From Asterias rubens (Eukaryota): a DNA stretch of 64,000 nucleotides. The notes under the pieces were generated by a model, which saw nothing but the letters and a program-made list of their open reading frames with translations, did no database searches and had not been told where the DNA came from. How positions within the stretch are numbered: the first letter of the stretch is position 1; the number at the start of each line of letters is the position of its first letter. The position numbers were made by a program, and so were the translations under genes. The stretch covers positions 9,672,001 through 9,736,000 of the forward strand of contig NC_047082.1 in NCBI RefSeq assembly GCF_902459465.1, given 5' to 3'. Below are positions 51,701-57,682 of the stretch, one piece after another.

Positions 51701-54700
51701 ATTTGTCAGTCTAAATGGCTTTTTGTTAAGTACTTTTCTAAAGTTAACCAAAGATTTTGAAGGATGGTTCAACTTTTTAGGAAACCAACCAGACAAATGT
51801 TTGATTTCCTTTGAAACAACCTAGACAGGAGCTTTTAAGTTTTAACGATGTTTTTGTGGCTGCTAAGTCAACATCATTTCAATGATACAAGGCTTCTGTT
51901 GTGTTGGCAATAGTTCCTGTCCAGGATGTCCCTGTCAGAGAGTAATGGTAGGCAATGGTAGAGATGACATTGGTGGTTGTCTGAGATTGAAAATATACAA
52001 GTACCTTTTGTTTTAGACAGTGGTGCGCAAAGTGTAGCAGTGATACTAATACCAACATAATCATTTTTTTTTTTTTTACCTGGCTATTTTGGGGCGTGGC
52101 CGACAGTCTTACAGTTAGTAGAGTACTATCAAATTCAAAGGCCCTGTTCACGCTAGTCAAATTTCCCTTTGGTACTGGTAGATCTTTTTTTCACTTAACT
52201 CATGGCAAACTCCCAGGGAAATAGCCATTTCCCGGGAAATACACAGTAGCTTCCCCTGCTGGTGCTTGGGATTTAAGACAGTTAGACACAGGGTTAGAAT
52301 GCCGGGTGTTCTTTCTACAAATCTTACAGGGAAATTTGCACTGGGTGTAAATTTAACATGGGTGGACTGGATGGGGTTAAAACTCCCCTGGAATTTTCTG
52401 AGGTTACTCTCCATATGAATTGGTCCTGCTGTACTGTGGAAACATGAGGGTCAGGTCTGTCATGCAGGTGGACTTTACTTTCAATAAAATATGCAAATTA
52501 GACACGTCTTGTAGATGTACCATGGCTCTCAGCCTTAAAGGGGTTACAGGCCAACCACAACAAAATAAGCCCCAGAGGTCCAAAACAGGTTCCCCCTTGT
52601 CCCTGTTTGGTTGTCTACATTCCAGTGCTGTGACATAAGTGTACACCAAAAGGCCATGACCTGTGTGGTGTTGTACAAGTTATGTGCACTCTCTGTGGTA
52701 GCTATGCAAGCTACAGGGCTAGGCCCTAACTCACTAGGGATCTTCTTATAAAACTATACATTTTTAAATGGTTGTGTGAGTAAATTGGGTCTTCCATAAC
52801 CATATAAGTTTTCAAGTAGGAATAATACAAACCAGCTCAATCAATTTCATATAAATTTGTAAAAAACGTGGGCATGAAATGTCAAATGCTTACCAATCTG
52901 AAGAAAAAGTCAAAAGTGACAAATACAAAACTTACTCTTAACATGCTCTAAAGGAAACCTTTTGACCTAACATTTACAAGGAATTCTAAAGGTAAAATAT
53001 GCAAAAGAAATTTTCTGGTATTTCAATACATTGTAACAAGGACTGGGTCGTCAAAATTGCTGGTTTTTGTCTTTCTTGCTGACATTTGTTAACCGCTGTC
53101 ATAACTAGTGATTGTAAAAACCAATGAAAAATTTATTTAAAAACTCCTTTTATTGTTTTCAAAAAGTAAACATTGAACAATTATGGAAATGAAATGAAAA
53201 CTTGTTTCTGTTATTAAACACATCTCTGTGCACAGGAAATTGTGTCCGTAATATGAAATTGGAGCACTTTTAGAGGTTTTTGGAATAATATGAATTACAC
53301 AGGCTCTGTCTTTGGAAGAAATTGAACACGTCTTATGGAAGGCAGGCCTGCTACGTACCAGTACTGCATGCTACTCAGTTGTGTAAGGGAAAGGGCAATG
53401 TAAGTTTATGTAAAATATTTCAAGGCACATGTCACGTTAAATGTAATTTTTGTACACGTTTTTTGGGACCAATTTTCAAATCATCACATCTGGACAAAGT
53501 CATCATTTAGTAAGCCTTGTTATGTGTCATAGTAATTCCACAAATGTAAGGAATACAGATGAGGTATGTTGGAGTAGTATAGGACTTTTTTAAAATGGGA
53601 GAAATTTGCAATCAAACTACCACGCATTTTGCAACCTTTGAAAACTTAGCGTTTTAAGACATGTATCGAAGGTGGGCTGTAATGGTGACAGTGATGAGAC
53701 CGATGTTAAAAGCGGAGCCATTAACAGCTCAACAAGGTGGGCTAGCTCTCTACTGGCTACTGTAAACTATCATCAGATCCCTGCAAGGGTGCCTGTTGGA
53801 TGTTCCCTGGTTCTGTAGGGTTATTCAACAGAACTGTTTGTGTGGTAGCTTCTTCTCCCTCCATGGGTTTTTGTTCAACAATTCAGTCAGTGCCATTCCA
53901 CTCCACTCCTCTCCATTGAATAGGAATGTTACAGATGAATATTCAATGAGGCAGAACAGTGCTATTGTCTAGTTTCAACAACCCTGAAAACTGTCTGAAT
54001 AGATTCAGTAAAAACAACTTGATGAAAGAGCTTGGGCAGTCACCCAGGTAGATAGTAGACTTGCCAAAGTGCTTCATAAGATTTCAGATTAAATTTCAGT
54101 TAAGTTAAATGCGGCAGATCATTGAGGCAGAATTAGATAACACATCCTAATCACTTTTAAAACAATACTGATTGAACTTGCTTTCAAAGCAATGCAGGTT
54201 TATTTTACTTTCAAGTTTACCCGAATAAAATTCTAGCCGCCACCTATATAAACTGAATCAGGACTTGGGCAAGTTTATGTAGACAAAGGGGATCATAAAA
54301 GTTCCACAGGATATACACATGAGAGAAAATAGGCCCACAGGAAATAGCGGCCTTTTGTTATACAGCTCAATCCAGTTATGGCCCACTGCACAAAGTCCAG
54401 TTCTAACAATGCAATGAATTAACTTTTGTGGGTCTGTGCTCTGTGGTCTGTGGGTGATGTGTGGTGGACAAACAGAAAGCACTGAGGGTCCCTCTGTGGC
54501 ATGGGGAATGATAAGACATCTATCTCCCTTGATCATGTTTGGGTAGCAACTTGAGAGGACCCTAATAAAACGTTCCAATCCCACAAGGATGGGGCTCAAT
54601 AGTTGGTAAATGGACAAAAAGTATGGAACAAAAAGTAGAATGCGATTACAAGTTTCACCCTGCACTCTGACCCAAAAAGCAATTTTGTTAAAAGGAAAAC

Positions 54701-57026
54701 AATTATGGCAAATCCAACCAACACATTTACTCATTTTAAACAAATTTTGGGTCCTTTGCCTTTTGCCAAGTTAAATTGAGTTTGGGTACAACATTCATGA
54801 AAAAAAATATAATGTTGGAGAAGGGCAATGCACTACCACTCCTACCACTGGAAGTGAAGTGTCCCTCAGCCCTTCAATCAATGGCATAAACAGCCTAAAC
54901 TTGAAGCAAACACCTACACTTACAATTTGATGGGAAATGGTAGGCTATGCCTTTAAATACCCCCGTATCTTTCCAATGTCTATCGATCTCGTTTTTGAAG
55001 GCATTTGTTGATTTTGCTCCTATCACATACTTTGGGAGTTTTTTCCATTGGTTTAAAATATTACTCTCTGCGAAAAGTAGTGAGTTCTGCACTTCAGTGA
55101 CTTGTCTAGTCTTGGTTTGAACAGCTTCAAACTGTCCTTTTGTATCTGTCTCAGCTGTCTCAGCTTTCTCAACAAATTGAGAAAAGCAATCTAGTGTAAA
55201 TATTTTCTGTTTTGCCATAAAAAGTGACGAAAGTGTAAAAGAGAGTGAGATAGGTCATGTTACGTTATAATATAGTCACATCCATCAAGTTACTTTTGAA
55301 ATCAGAAAAGCTCCCTCACACTATAACCAAGAAATGGTACTATAACTAATTCAAAACTTTTGAGTTGGGCTGTTTTGCAATGGAAAGTTATTCTAGTACT
55401 GGAACAAAAATAAAGGGTTTTGTTTTCTTACCTGTCCTAAGTCAATGGTGACATTGACAGCATTGAAGTCTCTTCCTCTGGATAGTGGGGGGCTCTGCCA
55501 CCATTTCTCTGTTCCATCGATGGCGTACTCGATCGGATGAGCCTTCAAAGGATTCAAGGGGTCGCAGTAGTCGCAGTATTGACCCTGGAATGATCAAAAA
55601 TCACAACTTGTCACTTATAATATTTATCTACCAGTAACCAGTCAGGGTTTGCCTTTTACTTTTTCAGCCACTAGCCAAGTATGACCAGTTTATAGCTTGT
55701 CATTTCACTGGTTCGGCCATCTTTTGCATTGGTCCATATGTGGGAATTTTCTCTCAATCTCTGGACTTTGTGATTTGTTGTTAGCAATAATGAACAATCA
55801 GTTGGTTTATGTATAGCAGTGGCAAGCAATCAACTGGCTAGCCGGACTAGTTTGACCATAGTTGGACATAATTCTGACTGTTCCTTGGGTGTTTTATTTA
55901 ACTGGCATTTGGCAAAGGGGGAATGCTGCCAGTCAGTAAATAATGCAAGCTATACACTTGAGAGGGCGTGGCAACATTCTTTAAAAACCTTAAATTCTCT
56001 AAAAATTAAAGTGGTCACTCTGATGCTCTGTCTGTGAGACTGGAAATGTGAATTACACAAACACTTAAAAAGGAAGTGGATCAAGCCCACAGCAGTTTAA
56101 ACAAAAAACTAACTTGCTTTTTGATTTTTATACTTGATAACATCACAACTCATTCATAAAATATCATAATAAATAGAGGAAAGCATACATTTTCAAGACA
56201 AACAATAATTTCAAATTTGACAAGACTGTTGTTAACATCAGCAATCAGTAAATACTGTAGAAAAACAAATGCACATATTTATATTATAACAGCATCAAAG
56301 TTAGTCCGCCTAAAAAGATGCTCAAAGGGGAAGGTGCTTTACTGAAATAAACTTTTAAAATGAAAATGAAACATTTTGAAACAAAACTGAACAACAAAGT
56401 TTTTAACAAATTGTTAACAATTTTTTGAAGTTGATGAGGGTTGAGAATGTTTCCCTAATAAAAGGCCTAATCATTACAAAATAACGATGATTCGTCAGAT
56501 ATTATTAAGACAAAAGCAGTTTCCGGCTTATACTGAGCCACCAATTTATTATACTTCAATACAAGTTGTTTTTAGCCCTGTTTTTATCACAATTTGGAAA
56601 AGTCATAAATAATTAACAATCTGATTTTGAATTAAACAAGTTTAAACTGAATAAAATAACAAAGTTAAACCAAACATCCCATCACAAAGAAATGCGACTA
56701 ACAACTAGTTTTCAAAGTTAACACAAGAATACATAAAATACACTCTTCTAACAATTAACTATTAAACAATTTGCACGAAGTAATGGCCAACCAACCCGGA
56801 TGATGTCTCGTTCAGTTTGCCGGAGTGTGTCTCCTGTGTTTCCAGTCAGTTTGCAGTAAAGTTCGCCGGGTGATGGGAACCCATCCCCGCAAGTTGAAGT
56901 CGCTGTGATCGGTTTGCCTTCGGCAACATTAAAATAGGTTGGCGTAAGAAGTTGAGCTTTAACGGCTTGGAGACCAAGCACCGTGACAAGGACGAGGGAT
57001 AACCCGAAAGATACGGGACTCGTCAT
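40..57026 (-). CDS. LAMA5: Laminin alpha chain, long-arm alpha3B/alpha5 (LanA-like) type; 63 exons in window, 3' end (LG3-5) beyond left edge
   Basis: 63 GT-AG exons join in consistent phase to 3059 codons. Domain order is signal peptide-LN-LE x11-L4a-LE-L4b-LE-coiled coil-LG1-LG2. LN motifs [37 protein letters not shown] and [14 protein letters not shown]; RGD in L4b as in vertebrate alpha5. The symbol denotes the alpha3/5 orthology group. Confidence 0.96.
568..675 (-). CDS. LAMA5: Laminin alpha exon 62 (LG2)
   Basis: [21 protein letters not shown]. Confidence 0.9.
706..1065. mobile_element. T2/Kolobok-type MITE, family D (second copy 37119-37467)
   Basis: TTAA|AGGAACATTACAGAATT...AATTGTGTAACGTTCCT|TTAA; near-identical copy at 37119-37467. 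Confidence 0.85.
1225..1394 (-). CDS. LAMA5: Laminin alpha exon 61 (LG2)
   Basis: [22 protein letters not shown]. Confidence 0.92.
1806..1977 (-). CDS. LAMA5: Laminin alpha exon 60 (LG2)
   Basis: [12 protein letters not shown]...[18 protein letters not shown]. Confidence 0.9.
1929..2275. repeat. 88-bp tandem repeat (4 copies) made of intron 59 polypyrimidine tract/AG + first ~50 nt of exon 60
   Basis: Unit starts at 1929, 2017, 2105, 2190; acceptor-equivalent positions 1977, 2065, 2153, 2238. Confidence 0.95.
2711..2835 (-). CDS. LAMA5: Laminin alpha exon 59 (LG1 end)
   Basis: [20 protein letters not shown]. Confidence 0.9.
3112..3222. repeat. 16-bp VNTR (cccgctaggggcacta) x7
   Basis: Perfect copies starting at 3112, 3128, 3144, 3160, 3176, 3192, 3208. 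Confidence 0.95.
3659..3803 (-). CDS. LAMA5: Laminin alpha exon 58 (LG1)
   Basis: NGRFTKVIV...[12 protein letters not shown]. Confidence 0.9.
4382..4640. mobile_element. hAT-type MITE (CAGGGATGTGA TIR); partial relatives 15330-15480 and 9950-9980
   Basis: 8-bp flanks ttaatatc / ataatatc. Confidence 0.72.
4653..4783 (-). CDS. LAMA5: Laminin alpha exon 57 (LG1)
   Basis: [22 protein letters not shown]...WHEVITE. Confidence 0.92.
5209..5370 (-). CDS. LAMA5: Laminin alpha exon 56 (LG1)
   Basis: VKVAMKF...[15 protein letters not shown]. Confidence 0.92.
5426..5812. mobile_element. T2/Kolobok-type MITE, family A
   Basis: TTAA flanks; TIR core GGACACTATTGGTAATT. Confidence 0.85.
6144..6220. repeat. 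Short tandem duplication cccccccgatagtcatactcgttagcgagtgaca x2
   Basis: Two exact copies within a CpG-rich TE-like fragment. Confidence 0.8.
6556..6710 (-). CDS. LAMA5: Laminin alpha exon 55 (coiled coil end)
   Basis: [21 protein letters not shown]. Confidence 0.9.
7452..7838 (-). CDS. LAMA5: Laminin alpha exon 54 (coiled coil with Cys-rich insert)
   Basis: LDSKLSEVG...[40 protein letters not shown]...; 387 nt, phase 1-1. Confidence 0.9.
7869..8183. mobile_element. Family A MITE, truncated (other partials 2605-2665, 33415-33577, 43122-43470)
   Basis: One TIR plus shared internal sequence. Confidence 0.7.
8443..8533 (-). CDS. LAMA5: Laminin alpha exon 53 (coiled coil)
   Basis: [30 protein letters not shown]. 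Confidence 0.87.
8880..9056. mobile_element. Palindromic MITE (GGCCCGGTCACACAGG TIR)
   Basis: Whole element folds back on itself; TWA-like flanks. Confidence 0.8.
9070..9208 (-). CDS. LAMA5: Laminin alpha exon 52 (coiled coil)
   Basis: [33 protein letters not shown]. Confidence 0.87.
9480..9637 (-). CDS. LAMA5: Laminin alpha exon 51 (coiled coil)
   Basis: [19 protein letters not shown]. Confidence 0.88.
10014..10130 (-). CDS. LAMA5: Laminin alpha exon 50 (coiled coil)
   Basis: [27 protein letters not shown]. Confidence 0.87.
10691..10819. mobile_element. Palindromic MITE (GGCCGTGTCCGAAAC TIR)
   Basis: 129-bp near-perfect hairpin. Confidence 0.82.
10833..11020 (-). CDS. LAMA5: Laminin alpha exon 49 (coiled coil)
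   Basis: [37 protein letters not shown]. Confidence 0.88.
11565..11772 (+). mobile_element. tRNA-derived SINE family (inverted copy 7175-7380, partial 13080-13200)
   Basis: Pol III head plus shared ~150-bp body. Confidence 0.8.
11868..12023 (-). CDS. LAMA5: Laminin alpha exon 48 (coiled coil)
   Basis: [33 protein letters not shown]. Confidence 0.9.
12524..12635 (-). CDS. LAMA5: Laminin alpha exon 47 (coiled coil)
   Basis: [29 protein letters not shown]. Confidence 0.87.
12878..12988 (-). CDS. LAMA5: Laminin alpha exon 46 (coiled coil)
   Basis: [11 protein letters not shown]...[11 protein letters not shown]. Confidence 0.85.
13486..13849. mobile_element. T2/Kolobok-type MITE, family A
   Basis: TTAA|AGGCAGTGGAC...ATAGTGTCCACTGCCT|TTAA. 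Confidence 0.88.
13907..14061 (-). CDS. LAMA5: Laminin alpha exon 45 (coiled coil start, CxxC)
   Basis: [16 protein letters not shown]. Confidence 0.92.
14624..14752 (-). CDS. LAMA5: Laminin alpha exon 44 (LE)
   Basis: [30 protein letters not shown]. Confidence 0.93.
15061..15241 (-). CDS. LAMA5: Laminin alpha exon 43 (LE)
   Basis: [17 protein letters not shown]...[15 protein letters not shown]. Confidence 0.93.
15599..15699 (-). CDS. LAMA5: Laminin alpha exon 42 (LE)
   Basis: [32 protein letters not shown]. Confidence 0.93.
16263..16477 (-). CDS. LAMA5: Laminin alpha exon 41 (LE)
   Basis: [24 protein letters not shown]. Confidence 0.93.
16578..16853. mobile_element. hAT-type MITE
   Basis: TIR CATAGAGTTATATATAAGAACTAGAGG; 8-bp flanking repeat gatagcac / ggtagcac. 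Confidence 0.85.
17269..17349 (-). CDS. LAMA5: Laminin alpha exon 40 (LE)
   Basis: [26 protein letters not shown]. Confidence 0.9.
17775..17902 (-). CDS. LAMA5: Laminin alpha exon 39 (LE)
   Basis: [20 protein letters not shown]. Confidence 0.92.
18323..18436 (-). CDS. LAMA5: Laminin alpha exon 38 (LE)
   Basis: [37 protein letters not shown]. Confidence 0.93.
18973..19081 (-). CDS. LAMA5: Laminin alpha exon 37 (L4b end/LE)
   Basis: LSNVAMD...[16 protein letters not shown]. Confidence 0.93.
19385..19560 (-). mobile_element. tRNA-derived SINE family (other copies 10470-10625, 29830-30240, 195-280, 383-445)
   Basis: Shared GCTCTAGCAATGCAAAGGTTGTGGGTTCGAATCCCACCCGAGT head and tail. Confidence 0.72.
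19670..19791 (-). CDS. LAMA5: Laminin alpha exon 36 (L4b)
   Basis: [23 protein letters not shown]. Confidence 0.92.
19944..20027 (-). CDS. LAMA5: Laminin alpha exon 35 (L4b)
   Basis: [20 protein letters not shown]. Confidence 0.9.
20232..20350. repeat. 17-18-bp tandem repeat (gctaagcaattttcttat) derived from a MITE end
   Basis: About 7 degenerate copies. Confidence 0.8.
20400..20785 (-). mobile_element. L2-clade LINE 3' fragment (others 30290-30560 +, 43830-44030 -, tail 22000-22050 +)
   Basis: Decayed ORF2 end [24 protein letters not shown]...[14 protein letters not shown] followed by an L2-type tail. Confidence 0.8.
20818..20925 (-). CDS. LAMA5: Laminin alpha exon 34 (L4b, RGD)
   Basis: [36 protein letters not shown]. 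Confidence 0.93.
21709..21867 (-). CDS. LAMA5: Laminin alpha exon 33 (L4b)
   Basis: LVDMEGW...[13 protein letters not shown]. Confidence 0.93.
22715..23077. mobile_element. T2/Kolobok-type MITE, family A variant (AGGGAAGGTACAC ends)
   Basis: Same internal body as family A. Confidence 0.8.
23100..23240 (-). CDS. LAMA5: Laminin alpha exon 32 (LE)
   Basis: [33 protein letters not shown]. Confidence 0.92.
23316..23560. mobile_element. PIF/Harbinger-type MITE (GGGCCCAATTTCATAGAGCTGCT TIR), nested in a SINE
   Basis: CTG duplication at the insertion site; relatives at 18501-18690, 29861-30110, 50472-50672 and many partials (1671-1728, 12080-12200, 15805-15856, 26170-26350, 27690-27830, 31330-31495, 34000-34155, 34755-34966, 35640-35824). 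Confidence 0.8.
23882..24026 (-). CDS. LAMA5: Laminin alpha exon 31 (LE)
   Basis: [23 protein letters not shown]. Confidence 0.92.
24306..24629. mobile_element. Composite element with a tRNA-like (anticodon GTT) repeat and 46-bp perfect inverted arms
   Basis: Cloverleaf 24533-24605; relatives at 11352-11460 (-) and 44035-44235 (+); 13-bp flanking direct repeat. Confidence 0.75.
24851..25000. mobile_element. GGGGTGGATTTCACAAAGAGTTAGG-type MITE; related GCCGTCGATTTCACCAAAC family at 1543-1655, 2957-3098, 3920-4150, 43480-43593
   Basis: TIRs with TTAGGAC subterminal repeats; the copy at 3920-4150 has an internal ~80-bp duplication. Confidence 0.78.
25101..25171 (-). CDS. LAMA5: Laminin alpha exon 30 (LE)
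   Basis: [23 protein letters not shown]. Confidence 0.9.
25277..25656. mobile_element. T2/Kolobok-type MITE, family A
   Basis: ttaa AGGCACAGGACACTATTGGTAATT ... GTGTCCAGTGCCT ttat. Confidence 0.82.
25918..26048 (-). CDS. LAMA5: Laminin alpha exon 29 (LE)
   Basis: [29 protein letters not shown]. Confidence 0.93.
26579..26787 (-). CDS. LAMA5: Laminin alpha exon 28 (LE)
   Basis: [27 protein letters not shown]. Confidence 0.95.
26893..27229. mobile_element. T2/Kolobok-type MITE, family E (partial copy 12270-12461)
   Basis: TTAA|AGGAACACGTTGCCTTG...CAAGGCAACGTGTTCCT|TTAA. Confidence 0.87.
27539..27654 (-). CDS. LAMA5: Laminin alpha exon 27 (L4a/LF end)
   Basis: [38 protein letters not shown]. 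Confidence 0.92.
27999..28147 (-). CDS. LAMA5: Laminin alpha exon 26 (L4a/LF)
   Basis: [17 protein letters not shown]. Confidence 0.92.
28183..28547. mobile_element. T2/Kolobok-type MITE, family A
   Basis: TTAA flanks, shared body. Confidence 0.85.
29007..29133 (-). CDS. LAMA5: Laminin alpha exon 25 (L4a/LF)
   Basis: [24 protein letters not shown]. Confidence 0.9.
29427..29787 (+). mobile_element. tRNA-derived core SINE with (ATT)n tail
   Basis: A box/B box head, core GTGTCCCTGAGCAAGACACT...CCACCCAGGGGTAAATGGGTACC; near-identical copy 36335-36745; inverted partials 18090-18274, 9665-9865, 23250-23700. Confidence 0.87.
29861..30110. mobile_element. PIF/Harbinger-type MITE subfamily inserted in the tRNA head of a SINE
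   Basis: GGGCCCAATTTCATGGCTCTGCTTACC TIRs; host SINE rejoins as ...taagacatc|tgctctagcaatgc... Confidence 0.8.
30567..30708 (-). CDS. LAMA5: Laminin alpha exon 24 (L4a/LF)
   Basis: [16 protein letters not shown]. Confidence 0.87.
31104..31189 (-). CDS. LAMA5: Laminin alpha exon 23 (L4a/LF)
   Basis: [24 protein letters not shown]; read by hand. Confidence 0.87.
31518..31722. mobile_element. MITE with AGACGATGTGACCT TIRs (one-end fragment at 15005-15047)
   Basis: TIRs plus a shared terminal segment elsewhere in the window. Confidence 0.7.
31864..31975 (-). CDS. LAMA5: Laminin alpha exon 22 (L4a/LF)
   Basis: [15 protein letters not shown]. Confidence 0.88.
32526..32772. mobile_element. MITE with CAGGCATGCAAC TIRs and 6-bp direct repeat (cataac)
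   Basis: TIRs and flanking repeat visible. Confidence 0.72.
32857..33017 (-). CDS. LAMA5: Laminin alpha exon 21 (L4a/LF)
   Basis: [21 protein letters not shown]. Confidence 0.88.
33604..33769 (-). CDS. LAMA5: Laminin alpha exon 20 (L4a/LF)
   Basis: [17 protein letters not shown]; splice phases consistent with neighbours. Confidence 0.88.
34211..34305 (-). CDS. LAMA5: Laminin alpha exon 19 (L4a/LF)
   Basis: [24 protein letters not shown]. Confidence 0.92.
34524..34669 (-). CDS. LAMA5: Laminin alpha exon 18 (L4a/LF)
   Basis: [21 protein letters not shown]. Confidence 0.92.
35210..35336 (-). CDS. LAMA5: Laminin alpha exon 17 (L4a/LF)
   Basis: [23 protein letters not shown]. Confidence 0.9.
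35914..36070 (-). CDS. LAMA5: Laminin alpha exon 16 (L4a/LF)
   Basis: [20 protein letters not shown]. Confidence 0.92.
36335..36745 (+). mobile_element. tRNA-derived core SINE with long (ATT)n tail
   Basis: Highly similar to 29427-29787. Confidence 0.87.
36880..36979 (-). CDS. LAMA5: Laminin alpha exon 15 (LE)
   Basis: [32 protein letters not shown]. Confidence 0.9.
37119..37467. mobile_element. T2/Kolobok-type MITE, family D
   Basis: TTAA TSD, TIR AGGAACATTACAGAATTG / AATTCTGTAACGTTCCT. Confidence 0.85.
37645..37750 (-). CDS. LAMA5: Laminin alpha exon 14 (LE)
   Basis: [26 protein letters not shown]. Confidence 0.9.
37891..38043 (-). CDS. LAMA5: Laminin alpha exon 13 (LE)
   Basis: [24 protein letters not shown]...[11 protein letters not shown]. 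Confidence 0.9.
38105..38248. mobile_element. Small MITE (GGGCCTTGTCACAC / GTGATATGACCCC)
   Basis: Imperfect TIRs, TA-rich flanks. Confidence 0.6.
38702..38847. mobile_element. 146-bp MITE (ATGGGAGACTTT TIR)
   Basis: Near-identical inverted copy at 49528-49673. Confidence 0.85.
39870..40400. mobile_element. T2/Kolobok-type MITE, family F (related copy ~14155-14539)
   Basis: TTAA|AGGGTGTATGTACTTTTT...AAAAAGTACCCAGATCCT|TTAA. Confidence 0.82.
41282..41470. repeat. ~104-bp tandem duplication (2 copies)
   Basis: aaaccaggttgacaacaaaacac...caattttagggaa at 41282 and 41386. Confidence 0.85.
41532..41743 (-). CDS. LAMA5: Laminin alpha exon 12 (LE)
   Basis: [34 protein letters not shown]...[10 protein letters not shown]. 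Confidence 0.93.
41850..42465. repeat. 53-bp minisatellite made of exon 11 3' end + splice donor (11 clear copies including the functional one)
   Basis: Unit aaattggagttttacctaagcattctgggtagcggtagtatttggttacttgt; one shortened unit near 42300; decayed units towards 41810. Confidence 0.95.
42440..42574 (-). CDS. LAMA5: Laminin alpha exon 11 (LE)
   Basis: [44 protein letters not shown]. Confidence 0.92.
   Translation of the reverse strand, partial: LVVVTVEDQHRSPATTLASANVCPTSPVSNATAVLLDTTATQNA
42926..43063 (-). CDS. LAMA5: Laminin alpha exon 10 (LE)
   Basis: [34 protein letters not shown]. Confidence 0.92.
43658..43795 (-). CDS. LAMA5: Laminin alpha exon 9 (LE)
   Basis: [34 protein letters not shown]. 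Confidence 0.92.
44275..44412 (-). CDS. LAMA5: Laminin alpha exon 8 (LE)
   Basis: [34 protein letters not shown]. Confidence 0.93.
44809..44943 (-). CDS. LAMA5: Laminin alpha exon 7 (LE)
   Basis: [33 protein letters not shown]. Confidence 0.92.
45075..45535. repeat. Diverged ~190-bp tandem duplication spanning exon 6 3' end and donor
   Basis: 45196-45345 resembles 45390-45533; third partial copy near 45075-45130. Confidence 0.85.
45501..45710 (-). CDS. LAMA5: Laminin alpha exon 6 (LE2)
   Basis: [10 protein letters not shown]...[20 protein letters not shown]...[10 protein letters not shown]. Confidence 0.93.
46265..46472 (-). CDS. LAMA5: Laminin alpha exon 5 (LN end, LE1)
   Basis: [21 protein letters not shown]. 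Confidence 0.95.
46626..46796 (-). CDS. LAMA5: Laminin alpha exon 4 (LN)
   Basis: [15 protein letters not shown]...[19 protein letters not shown]. Confidence 0.95.
47349..47585 (-). CDS. LAMA5: Laminin alpha exon 3 (LN)
   Basis: [29 protein letters not shown]. Confidence 0.95.
48155..48425. mobile_element. MITE with CCCAGGTCGAAATTCCAGTTGAACC TIRs
   Basis: ~28-bp TIR with internal aaccagtt/aactagtt subterminal repeats. Confidence 0.8.
49194..49701. mobile_element. Family A variant MITE carrying a nested 146-bp MITE (49528-49673)
   Basis: Nested ATGGGAGACTTT...AAAGTCTCC element also present at 38702-38847. Confidence 0.82.
50989..51478. mobile_element. Family A MITE (51013-51389, TTAA TSD) nested in a GGGTGGATTTCAC-type MITE
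   Basis: Host halves rejoin across the duplicated TTAA; an uninterrupted relative of the host is at 24851-25000. Confidence 0.85.
54895..55085 (-). mobile_element. CR1-type LINE 3' fragment
   Basis: [29 protein letters not shown] matches the CR1 ORF2 C-terminal pattern (WN-x-LP...S-x-x-x-FK-x-x-LD-x-HW). Confidence 0.72.
55432..55584 (-). CDS. LAMA5: Laminin alpha exon 2 (LN)
   Basis: GQYCDYCDP...[11 protein letters not shown]...VTIDLGQ; not in ORF track, read by hand. Confidence 0.95.
56796..57026 (-). CDS. LAMA5: Laminin alpha exon 1 (signal peptide + LN start)
   Basis: [47 protein letters not shown]; donor gttggt. Confidence 0.92.
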
Positions 57027-57682
57027 TTTGTTTTTTGGACCCTTTTCTTTTCGACAGAAAAATGGTCCACGCTCCACTCCCACTCGCAGTCGAAATAAAT
57101 ATGCACGAAATTACTATGCAGCATGCTCCCTAGCCTTCTCTCGAGCTAGCTGGAGAATCAATTTGCGTTAATTTGCGCGAACGACAGACAGTCTGGTTCC
57201 ATTACCACAAAAATGGGATTTTATATCGTATGATTGACTGAAAGCGAGTGGTGCCAGACGTTACTGCTGTTCGAGATTTTTGGCTTAGTTTTGGACTGTA
57301 CCAAACTTTTTGAAGGGATGATAGGGTTCACATGTTGTGAATGTATTACATATTGTATACAAAAAAGGGATCTTTCTCAACACTACTGAAGCAATATTCT
57401 ATTGGAAGCGTAATTTTAAAGTCACTCGGAGTCTGCGTCCATTTTTCTCTATGAATAAACTTTAGGTATTTTTCCCCTCATTATCGAATCAAAAATATAA
57501 TACCCCATCTTAAAAAATATAAGAACTCAAAACTTCACCTGAAGTGACGGTCGTTTACGGTGATTGACCGCCGGATCTAGTGTTTCGTTTTTGCAGCATG
57601 GGGGGTTCAAAAGTTGGCGCATGCTAGTGCGAGTCGAGTTTGTTAAACACACAGTAGTGACAACGTGTGCTGCTTTAGCGTT
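57027..57682. promoter_or_regulatory. Shared divergent (bidirectional) promoter/5'UTR region between laminin alpha and C8orf76-like
   Basis: 656 bp between two divergent ATGs; relatively CpG-rich; no recognisable TE copy. Transcription start sites not determinable from sequence. Confidence 0.6.

Noticed and set aside
54258-54743. 161-aa intronic ORF as a nested gene
   Set aside because: No recognisable domain, low-information composition and no supporting exon structure.
57027-57083. N-terminal extension MGVERGPFF... from the ORF track
   Set aside because: Starts at GTG; the ATG at 57026 gives a canonical signal peptide.
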